Below, piece after piece: positions 48,827-56,129 of a stretch of 64,000 nucleotides of DNA. The position numbers and the translations under genes were made by a program. Source of the stretch: a virus (Duplodnaviria > Heunggongvirae > Uroviricota > Caudoviricetes); IMG/VR virus record IMGVR_UViG_3300006734_000990, one strand, 5' to 3'. Each line of letters opens with the position of its first letter. The first letter of the stretch is position 1. Below the pieces are notes generated by a model. That model ran no database searches. It was not told the origin of the DNA and saw nothing but the letters and a program-made list of their open reading frames with translations.

Positions 48827-49846
48827 ATGGATCTTACAGCAGAACATATTCTCAAAATGGGGAACCAAGAGGCTTCCAAGGTTTTCACTGGCGATGAGAA
48901 GGCTGACAAAAAGTCTTTTCGCACGCTTGCCGCGCGTTGGCACCCCGACCACTGCCAAGACCCCAAAGCGGCTGAAGTCTTCGCAAAGCTGATTTCACTT
49001 CGTGACGCCGCGCGCGGCGCCCCGCGGCTACCCGGGCAGCAATATATCTTCAGACAAGCCGGCGGCGGCGGACGCCAGGCCATGCGTTACCTGTCGCGCC
49101 ACCATATTGATACCGGCATCCTTCTGGTGGGTCCGGTCAGTATTGCTCAAGTCTATGAGTCCGACCTTGCTGATATCGCCGCGGCGGAGCTGCGCACCTT
49201 GGCGGGTTTCAAATTCGCGGATGCAAAGATGGAAGCGCAGATGCGGATGTTTCTGCCGCGCCATAAATCCCGTGTCGATCTGGCAGATGGGAAAGTGCTG
49301 ATCACCCATGCGCGGGCGCCCGGTGATGTTCTTCTGGCCGATCTGATTGCCGAGGATGGCCCTATGCCGCCCGAGCATGCGGCTTGGCTCTGCTCTGGGC
49401 TGATGAACGTCGCGGCCTGGCTGACCTGGGCGGGCAAGGTACACGGCGCCATTGGCCCCGAGGCAGTCATGGTTGACCCCGAAACCCATTCGGTACGGCT
49501 GGTCGCCGGCTGGGGGTTTGCGACCGATGTCGGAACCCGGCCCGCGATGCTGCCCAACCGCAGCTTGCAAATTGCCCCACAGATGGCCGTAAAGGGGCAG
49601 GTGGCTGATCCTTCGCTGGATCTCGAGTTGATCCGGCGTACCGTCTGTGAGGCATTGGGTGCGGCGTCCTTGAGCGGGTTGAGTGGGCTCGGCCTACCAG
49701 ATCCTGTCCGGAACTGGTTGATGCTGCCGCCTGGCAAGGACGGCATTGTTGATTACGCGAACTGGCAGAAGGCGCTGAGCGATGGATGGGGGGCGCGGCG
49801 CTTCGCCAAATACACCGGCGACGGGGTAGGGGTCTACGCTTCCTGA
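48827..49846 (+). CDS. J-domain protein fused to a protein-kinase-like (probably pseudokinase) domain
   Basis: FRTLAARWHPDHCQDPKAAEVFAKLISLRDAA = J-domain helix II/III with HPD; later VHGAIGPEAVMVDPETHSVRLVAGWGFAT parallels kinase catalytic loop HRDLKPENILLD...DFG with Asp replaced by Ala. Confidence 0.55.
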   Translation: MDLTAEHILKMGNQEASKVFTGDEKADKKSFRTLAARWHPDHCQDPKAAEVFAKLISLRDAARGAPRLPGQQYIFRQAGGGGRQAMRYLSRHHIDTGILLVGPVSIAQVYESDLADIAAAELRTLAGFKFADAKMEAQMRMFLPRHKSRVDLADGKVLITHARAPGDVLLADLIAEDGPMPPEHAAWLCSGLMNVAAWLTWAGKVHGAIGPEAVMVDPETHSVRLVAGWGFATDVGTRPAMLPNRSLQIAPQMAVKGQVADPSLDLELIRRTVCEALGAASLSGLSGLGLPDPVRNWLMLPPGKDGIVDYANWQKALSDGWGARRFAKYTGDGVGVYAS

Positions 49847-49924
49847 TTAAGTTGCGTTTTACAACTTGCAATGTGCAACTTAATAATCTATACCATGGGC
49901 AACACCATATGAAGGAGACCTACC

Positions 49925-50848
49925 ATGGGAAACGGACGTTGGGATAGCTCGGCATGGGCCGGCTACACTGCTCAGAACACCGCGGGCAAAACACAGAGCC
50001 AGATCTTCACATCTCGGCAGATGAAGGATGAATATAACCCGGCAAAGATCGAATTTCGCGAAAGCCGCGACAGCGCTGACAACCCTATGTCGACGCCGAT
50101 TGTTTTGGCTTCGGACGTGACAGGTTCGATGGGTATGATCGCCGAAAAGCTGATGCGCGATGGTTTGAATACTTTGGCCACCCAGATCTATGACCGCAAA
50201 CCGGTGACCGACCCGCATATCATGATCATGGGTGTGGGTGACGCCAAATCCGACCGGGCGCCTTTGCAGGTCACTCAGTTCGAGGCGGACATTCGTGTTG
50301 CTGAACAGGCCCGTGAGCTTTGGCTTGAAGGCGGCGGCGGCGGCAATGGCGGTGAATCCTACTCGGCTGCCCATCTTTTCGCAGCGACAAAGGTGCGTGC
50401 AGACGCAATCGAGAAACGTGGCCGTAAGGGCTATCTCTTCACCATTGGTGATGAACCCATCCACGATGGGATGACCAAGTCGGAGATTGAGCGGGTTCTG
50501 GGCATTACTGTCGAAGCAGACCTGTCGGCAATGGACATCATCCGTATGGTTCAACGCGACTGGGAAGTCTTCCACATCGCTCTGGTCAATGAAGGCTACT
50601 GCAACTGGGGCCAGTCGCGCGATCAGGTTCTCGCTTCCTGGCGCAAAATCCTGCCCGAGCGCACCATTCAGCTTGAGGATGTCAATGCTCTGGCCGAGAC
50701 CGTCGTGTCGCTGATCCAGGTGACCGAGGGCGCCAATGCGGGCGACGTGGCTGCCAGCTGGTCGGGCTCGACTGCGTTGACCGTGGCCAATGCCCTGAAA
50801 GGCGTGCCAGCCAAGACCGGCCAGTCGCGCGGCGTCCAGCGCTTGTAG
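49925..50848 (+). CDS. von Willebrand factor A domain protein (TerY-like), MIDAS DxTGS
   Basis: PIVLASDVTGSMG MIDAS; AAGGAG before ATG. Confidence 0.65.
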   Translation: MGNGRWDSSAWAGYTAQNTAGKTQSQIFTSRQMKDEYNPAKIEFRESRDSADNPMSTPIVLASDVTGSMGMIAEKLMRDGLNTLATQIYDRKPVTDPHIMIMGVGDAKSDRAPLQVTQFEADIRVAEQARELWLEGGGGGNGGESYSAAHLFAATKVRADAIEKRGRKGYLFTIGDEPIHDGMTKSEIERVLGITVEADLSAMDIIRMVQRDWEVFHIALVNEGYCNWGQSRDQVLASWRKILPERTIQLEDVNALAETVVSLIQVTEGANAGDVAASWSGSTALTVANALKGVPAKTGQSRGVQRL

Positions 50849-50855
50849 TAGATCG

Positions 50856-50886
50856 GCCCGGGCGAAAAGCCCGGGCCGATCCTCCT
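50856..50886 (+). terminator. 13-bp GC hairpin GATCGGCCCGGGC-GAAAA-GCCCGGGCCGATC (no U-tract)
   Basis: Perfect inverted repeat directly after vWA gene. Confidence 0.4.
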
Positions 50887-50964
50887 CCAGGTAAATAGCT
50901 GATTGATCGTAACGATTTTCGTAGGCCGCCCTTAGGGTGATATTGACAGTATATGGAGAAATAG

Positions 50965-51366
50965 ATGGCCGCGCCCAAGCACCCTGAAACGTTCGATGAA
51001 AATGACTTCGAAACCATCCCGGCGGCCGCACTAAGGGAGCTTACCCGGCGGGGAACCGGGATTTTGGACGGGGCTCTCGATCTTGCGCCTGAATGGGTGG
51101 CAAACGCCATGACGGAAGCCCTTTGGTCGGTTGCGATGAGTAACTTCGATCCGCAGGATCTACCTGCAGGGCGTGATCTTTCGCGCCTTTCCGACCGAGA
51201 GCTTCAGGACTATGCGGCTTTGGTCTTCCAAAAGACTGCACAGCGTGAAAACGGGTGCCATGGTGTTTTTGGTCCTTTGGGAGCAAGCCCATGTGTGGCA
51301 CATGCCCTGGCCATCGAAGACTGGTCGGAGCGCAATCATCCTGATGAAGCGCCAGAACCTGAATAA
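50965..51366 (+). CDS. hypothetical acidic protein (133 aa)
   Basis: ORF. Confidence 0.45.
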   Translation: MAAPKHPETFDENDFETIPAAALRELTRRGTGILDGALDLAPEWVANAMTEALWSVAMSNFDPQDLPAGRDLSRLSDRELQDYAALVFQKTAQRENGCHGVFGPLGASPCVAHALAIEDWSERNHPDEAPEPE

Positions 51367-51400
51367 ATCCCCTCGGATATAATCCATTTGGAATGATCTA

Positions 51401-51943
51401 ATGAGCAAATGCCCTACCTGCGGTGCAGTATCTTCTGAAGAGAACCAGGCCCCACAAAACAGCGAAGCCGAAATCGTTCTGCGCATCCCCGAGCGGCACT
51501 TCCCGCTCATGCGCAAGACCTTTCGCGAGATGGAAGTGAAGTTGGGTATGCACGGGCTTGGCGAGCTGGCAAATACGCTCAAACCCTATGGGGCCTTATT
51601 TGACAAAGACTTCGACAAGCTGCGCTATTTCAATGATGGCGCATTGGGAATGGTGATGCATGGGATCACGGCCGGCTATCCGGCCGCGGTTCGGATTGCT
51701 GAAGGAAACGACAAGCTCTTCGCTTCCCACGAGCGCGGTAAACGCGTTGCGGTTCATGTCGACTTCACCTTCCCTGACGGTCAGGTCAAACACATGGCGG
51801 TTGCGGAAAGCGCGACGCCTGAGGCGGCCGCCTGGTTCACCGATTACATCAATGATCTCTGCGACAGGCTTTCGCCGCAAAACCCCCAGGGAAACTCAGA
51901 TCAAAGATCGGATATCCAGGAGAACAATGATGCGGGGTTCTGA
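51401..51943 (+). CDS. hypothetical protein with N-terminal CPxCG zinc ribbon (180 aa)
   Basis: KCPTCGA; overlaps next gene start. Confidence 0.5.
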   Translation: MSKCPTCGAVSSEENQAPQNSEAEIVLRIPERHFPLMRKTFREMEVKLGMHGLGELANTLKPYGALFDKDFDKLRYFNDGALGMVMHGITAGYPAAVRIAEGNDKLFASHERGKRVAVHVDFTFPDGQVKHMAVAESATPEAAAWFTDYINDLCDRLSPQNPQGNSDQRSDIQENNDAGF

Positions 51944-53207
51944 AAAGAAAGCCTTTGGCGTTGTCGGCGCCGGCTGGGGCGATGAGGGCAAGGGGCTCGC
52001 CACAGACGCGCTGACAGCACATTTGATGGGGCAGGGGCGCCAAGTTACTGTTGTGCGCTCCAATGGCGGCGCACAGGCGGGCCATGGGGTCACGATGGAT
52101 GACGGTCGCCACCATGTTTTCCACCACATCGGCTCCGGATCATTCCGGGGTGCAGCCACCCATCTGTCGCGCTTTTTCGTCTCCCACCCGATGGTCTTCT
52201 TCTCAGAGCTGGAGGAGCTCGCGCGCAAAGGCGTCCATGACCTGCAGATCACGGCCGATCCGCGCTCTGTGATCACCACACCTTGGGACATGGCAATCAA
52301 TCAGGCGGCAGAGATCGCCAGAGGCGCAGGTAAGCATGGCTCCTGCGGATTGGGTTTCGGGGAGGCACTGGAGCGTCATGAGAAAGGGTCTCAACTCACA
52401 ATGCAGGACCTCTTCTCACCAGGACTGATGTCTCGGCTGGAACAGATTGCCTCGGTTTGGGTGCCTGCGCGACTGGCAGCCTTGGGGCTCACAGATATCC
52501 CGGTTCACTTGAGACCTGTACTGAACAATGCATCAGGGTTCGTCGGCCGGTTTGCAAAAGACCTGCAGAAATATAGCGCGGTCGTCTCTCTCATGTCCGA
52601 TGAAGCCCTGGGAGATTGCGATGCGGTGGTTTTTGAGGGCGCTCAGGGTTTGCAGCTTGATATGGACCTTGGGGTATTTCCCCATGTGACGCGGTCTTAC
52701 ACCGGCGCAAAGAACATGGTCGAGATCGCCCGCGACGCCGGGATCACGGATCTCGAGGTCATCTACATGACCCGCGCCTATGCCACGCGGCACGGGGCAG
52801 GGCCCTTCCCGCTCGATCGAGGCACGACGCCCCTGCCAGGCACCCATGTCATTGATCGGACCAACAGACCAAATGAGTGGCAGGACGCCATCCGCTACGC
52901 GCCTTTGGACCTTAGAGAGTTGGACCGCATCATCTCGGCTGATCTCGCGCGCAGCTGCGGTCAGGGCGTAAACATCGATCATGGTTTGGGTGTTACCTGC
53001 CTGGACCAGCTGGGCGACAAGGTTTTGATGTCTGTGATGGATATGGGGGATGGGCCCTATGTATCGGAGGTCGACACCGAGAACCTCGCGGATGTCATCT
53101 CCGGGCTTTCAGGTCACCCTCTCAAACTCAAATCAGAAGGCCCCTGTGCCGAGAAGGTCGATCTGTCGCTTCTCGCACCTGTTCCTCATGAAGAGCCCTG
53201 TCCCTGA
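51927..53207 (+). CDS. adenylosuccinate synthetase family protein, divergent (PurA/PurZ-like), 426 aa
   Basis: GAGWGDEGKG (PurA P-loop GxQWGDEGKGK), GGAQAGHG, VVFEGAQGLQLDMDLGVFPHVTRSYT (PurA [22 protein letters not shown]), YATRHGAGPFPLD (YSTRVGAGPFP); PurA GATTGRRRR loop replaced. Confidence 0.7.
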   Translation: MMRGSEKKAFGVVGAGWGDEGKGLATDALTAHLMGQGRQVTVVRSNGGAQAGHGVTMDDGRHHVFHHIGSGSFRGAATHLSRFFVSHPMVFFSELEELARKGVHDLQITADPRSVITTPWDMAINQAAEIARGAGKHGSCGLGFGEALERHEKGSQLTMQDLFSPGLMSRLEQIASVWVPARLAALGLTDIPVHLRPVLNNASGFVGRFAKDLQKYSAVVSLMSDEALGDCDAVVFEGAQGLQLDMDLGVFPHVTRSYTGAKNMVEIARDAGITDLEVIYMTRAYATRHGAGPFPLDRGTTPLPGTHVIDRTNRPNEWQDAIRYAPLDLRELDRIISADLARSCGQGVNIDHGLGVTCLDQLGDKVLMSVMDMGDGPYVSEVDTENLADVISGLSGHPLKLKSEGPCAEKVDLSLLAPVPHEEPCP

Positions 53208-53220
53208 GCAAAATCGAAGC

Positions 53221-53745
53221 TTAGGCAGGGACCAGCTCGACCTGACGCTCATAGCGAAGCCGGGTGATCTCTCTGACCGAGAGCGCCGCGAGCGAGAACA
53301 GTGCCATGAAAGCGCTGGGCCAAGCGCCGATCAGCACCGCGAAGAGGCCCCAGGTACATTCACCCGCGGCACATGCGAGGGTCAACCTGCCGCGGCTCAT
53401 GAAGGCCACGCCTGTATTGATGGCCGCGCCCCCGATGAAGGGCAGGGTATCGATCATCGTCAGATGGCCGGCAGCAACCGCAAGGAAGGAAGCCGGGATT
53501 GCCGCGATACAGAGATACCAAGCCAGATTTGCGATGCGCTGGTGCCCGTAGATCGCACCCCAAATCATGACGCAGGCCAACGACAGGCTCGCAACTGAGG
53601 TCCATTCGGCGAGTAGCACAAAATAACTCGTCCAGAATACACAGGAGATGACGTTCAAGACCCGGAGGCGACGGTCGTCACGCAGAAGATAGCTCGCAAT
53701 GCTGATGGCGATCGCGAGGTATCCGATAAAGGTGGCAGTGATCAT
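53221..53745 (-). CDS. integral membrane protein (174 aa)
   Basis: Five hydrophobic helices. Confidence 0.55.
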   Translation of the reverse strand: MITATFIGYLAIAISIASYLLRDDRRLRVLNVISCVFWTSYFVLLAEWTSVASLSLACVMIWGAIYGHQRIANLAWYLCIAAIPASFLAVAAGHLTMIDTLPFIGGAAINTGVAFMSRGRLTLACAAGECTWGLFAVLIGAWPSAFMALFSLAALSVREITRLRYERQVELVPA

Positions 53746-53922
53746 ATGGCGATGGCGTCCGTTGCTCTCATCTCAAGTGATGCCGCCAGTATATGGCTGC
53801 TTTGCGATAATCCAGACCTTGGATGAACTTCATCCACGTATAAGCGAAAGTTTACCGCGACGGCAGGTTGCTACGCGAATAAAGGCGCATACATAAAGAT
53901 TAACGCAATAGGGTTTTTCGCA

Positions 53923-54342
53923 ATGCCAAGACAGCACGAGTACGCGATCGGGACAGAACAGATGCTTGAGAAGGAGGCTGAACGCGCGCGGCGTTGGAAG
54001 AAAAGAGGGGATGCAATCGAGTACCACCTCATCCGTGGACCGGTTGGGCTTGTGTTACAGGCGGCCTCTCTTATCGTGTTCGTCGCCTGTTTCTATTTCA
54101 TCCAGCTCGACGCACAGAAAGAGCGCTTTGCGGAGCGTGAAACGGCTTTGCTGGAAATTGAAGCGGCTTGCATGGAGCGGGGCGGCAGCTTTGCCTTTAG
54201 CCGGGTCAGCGATGATGTCGGGTATTGCTATGAAAAAGGCGAAAAGGTGATCTTTGAGGTTGAAGGATTGGCAGGCTCGCCGAGTGAATTCGCCATCGCA
54301 GATCCACGCTCTCAGAAAGACAGCAGACAATCGGAGATTTGA
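53923..54342 (+). CDS. hypothetical protein with one TM segment (139 aa); ATG directly preceded by GGGTTTTTCGCA box
   Basis: Direct reading. Confidence 0.5.
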   Translation: MPRQHEYAIGTEQMLEKEAERARRWKKRGDAIEYHLIRGPVGLVLQAASLIVFVACFYFIQLDAQKERFAERETALLEIEAACMERGGSFAFSRVSDDVGYCYEKGEKVIFEVEGLAGSPSEFAIADPRSQKDSRQSEI

Positions 54343-54576
54343 AAATAGCTTGCGGGACGGCATCGCGCTCATGGAGGCATCTTTGAGCGAAATCACCCTC
54401 AGCGTCGAGGAGGAGGTCACTACCTCTGCACAGGCGCTTTCGATGCAGCTGGGCCGCATGGTGAAGATCCCCGCTTGATCGGGGGTCTTTAGGCCAAAAC
54501 CACACATTGCGAAAATAATACTTGCGTTGTGCAAATTCATATGCAAGAACTTCAGTGTAATCAAAGGAAGAAAACC

Positions 54577-54624
54577 ATGTTCCGTTCGCAGGAAGAACAA
54601 TCCGGGTATCGAGAGACGCGCTGA
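54577..54624 (+). other. 15-codon leader-like ORF MFRSQEEQSGYRETR* with strong AAGGAAG SD
   Basis: SD 7 nt upstream; followed by 8-bp stem (54606-13 / 54645-52) and terminator. Confidence 0.4.
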
Positions 54625-54658
54625 CGCCAGAGTTCAGTTTCGCGCCCGATACCCATGC

Positions 54659-54683
54659 ACCCGCCCCTGAGGCGGGTTTTTTT
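54659..54683 (+). terminator. CCCGCC-CCTGA-GGCGGG hairpin followed by TTTTTTT immediately upstream of tRNA genes
   Basis: Perfect 6-bp GC stem with U7. Confidence 0.75.
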
Positions 54684-54693
54684 ATGCCCATAC

Positions 54694-54769
54694 GTCTCCT
54701 TAGTTCACCCGGTTAGAACAGCAGCCTTTCAAGCAGCAGAAACGAGTTCGAGACTCGTAGGAGATGCCA
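54694..54769 (+). tRNA. tRNA-Glu (anticodon UUC)-like, 76 nt, encoded CCA, G1-U72 wobble and an A-A mismatch in anticodon stem
   Basis: Manual fold: acceptor GTCTCCT/AGGAGAT, D-arm GTTC-ACCCGGTTA-GAAC (G18G19), anticodon loop CTTTCAA, 4-nt variable loop, T-arm ACGAG-TTCGAGA-CTCGT. Confidence 0.65.
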
Positions 54770-54782
54770 AAATCACCACCAC

Positions 54783-54858
54783 GTCCGCATAGTTCAATTG
54801 GTTAGAATAGTGCCCTCTCAAGGCACAGACGCGAGTTCAATCCTCGCTGCGGATGCCA
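54783..54858 (+). tRNA. tRNA-Glu (anticodon CUC), 76 nt, encoded CCA, G1-U72 wobble
   Basis: Manual fold: acceptor GTCCGCA/TGCGGAT, D-arm GTTC-AATTGGTTA-GAAT, anticodon stem GTGCC/GGCAC loop CTCTCAA, 4-nt variable, T-arm GCGAG-TTCAATC-CTCGC. Confidence 0.7.
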
Positions 54859-54874
54859 AATTCAGGAGACCAAG

Positions 54875-55225
54875 ATGTTGTCACTGTCGCGCTTTTTTAA
54901 ACGTCGCCCCAAGGCACCTGAGCTGCCTCGCTTTCCAGACCGGGCCGAGGCGGCTGCATGGATGCGCAGCAAGATTGTTCAGACGCGACAGAGGTCACCT
55001 CACGAGGCCCAGCGCCTCTTTGATCCGACATCCGGAGATTACCTGCCCGCATCCGTCCATACAGGATCGTATTTCGATGAAGACGCTCTAGTGGCATATC
55101 GAGCCCTCAAAGCCGAGTTCCCAGATCTTGTTGCGGCCTCATTCAATGAGCCAATGGCATTCTGCGTCTCGCGCATCGCGGACCCGGAAGATCTTCATGC
55201 TCATGCACATCGAATTGGCGTCTGA
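54875..55225 (+). CDS. hypothetical protein (116 aa)
   Basis: ORF between tRNAs and GluRS-like gene. Confidence 0.4.
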   Translation: MLSLSRFFKRRPKAPELPRFPDRAEAAAWMRSKIVQTRQRSPHEAQRLFDPTSGDYLPASVHTGSYFDEDALVAYRALKAEFPDLVAASFNEPMAFCVSRIADPEDLHAHAHRIGV

Positions 55226-55238
55226 AAGGATTTTCACA

Positions 55239-56093
55239 ATGACCTACACAACCCGAGTAGCCCCGTCTCCAACTGGCGACTTTCACATCGGCACAGCCCG
55301 CACCGCCTATTTCAACTGGCTCGCCGCGCGCGCCTCTGGCGGTCGCTTCCTCCTGCGCATCGATGACACCGATCTCGCGCGCAACAACGATGCCTCGATC
55401 AGCGTGATCCATGATTGCCTCGATTGGTTGGGGCTTACGCCTGACGCCGTCTACCGTCAGTCGCACCGGCGCGACATCTATGATGCCGCGGCTACAAAGC
55501 TTCTTGATGCAGGGCTGGCAGTCCGTGCCGACAATGGTGCTGTGCTGATGAAGGGTGGGGCAGCCGCGCCGTGGCACGATCTGATTTCCGGCGACCAGCT
55601 GCCCAGCTCCAAGGCGCATGACCTGGCGCGCGATCAGGTGCTCATCAAAGCTGACGGTATGCCGGTCTATCATTTCGCCTCAGTGGTCGACGATATCGAT
55701 CTGCGCGTGAACCTGGTGATCCGGGGCATGGACCATGTGACCAACACTTTCCGTCATGCGGGGATCTACGCTGCCCTCGGTGCGCCAATGCCGGATTTTG
55801 CCCATGTCGGCCTGATCACCATGGGTGGCAAGAAGATGTCCAAACGCGACGCCGCGGCAAGCCTTCTGGGGTACCGCGATGACGGTGTCGATCCCGATGC
55901 CATGCTGAACTATCTGCTGCGCGTCGGCTGGGGCCCGCGCCAGGATGACAAGTCGATGAAGATCATCGATCGGGCTCGGGCGGTTGATCTGTTTCTGGAT
56001 CACGGCAAGATGCGGTCCTCGCCGGCCGCGATGGATCTGGCAAAACTTGCCAGCTTCGATCGGAAGTACAAGCACATGAAACGGCCTGCATAG
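55239..56093 (+). CDS. glutamyl-tRNA synthetase catalytic domain protein lacking the anticodon-binding domain (GluQRS-like architecture, GluRS-like sequence), 284 aa
   Basis: APSPTGDFHIGTARTA (HIGH), VYHFASVVDDIDLRVNLVIRGMDH, GKKMSKRD (KMSKS), LNYLLRVGW - co-linear with E. coli GltX residues 1 to about 300; stops shortly after. Confidence 0.75.
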   Translation: MTYTTRVAPSPTGDFHIGTARTAYFNWLAARASGGRFLLRIDDTDLARNNDASISVIHDCLDWLGLTPDAVYRQSHRRDIYDAAATKLLDAGLAVRADNGAVLMKGGAAAPWHDLISGDQLPSSKAHDLARDQVLIKADGMPVYHFASVVDDIDLRVNLVIRGMDHVTNTFRHAGIYAALGAPMPDFAHVGLITMGGKKMSKRDAAASLLGYRDDGVDPDAMLNYLLRVGWGPRQDDKSMKIIDRARAVDLFLDHGKMRSSPAAMDLAKLASFDRKYKHMKRPA

Positions 56094-56121
56094 GCCAAGA
56101 GACGATAGGAATACCTTCTTA

Positions 56122-56129
56122 TTTTCGCA
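56122..56129 (+). promoter_or_regulatory. TTATTTTCGCA box directly abutting ATG of 56130 gene
   Basis: Direct reading. Confidence 0.4.

Noticed and set aside
49880-51031. 383-aa minus-strand ORF
   Set aside because: Antisense to the vWA gene, which has MIDAS and a strong SD; no start signals of its own.
54577-54683. Classical Trp-type attenuator upstream of the tRNA-Glu genes
   Set aside because: Leader ORF, 8-bp stem and terminator are present. No alternative antiterminator pairing with the terminator 5' arm could be found. Kept only as leader ORF plus terminator.
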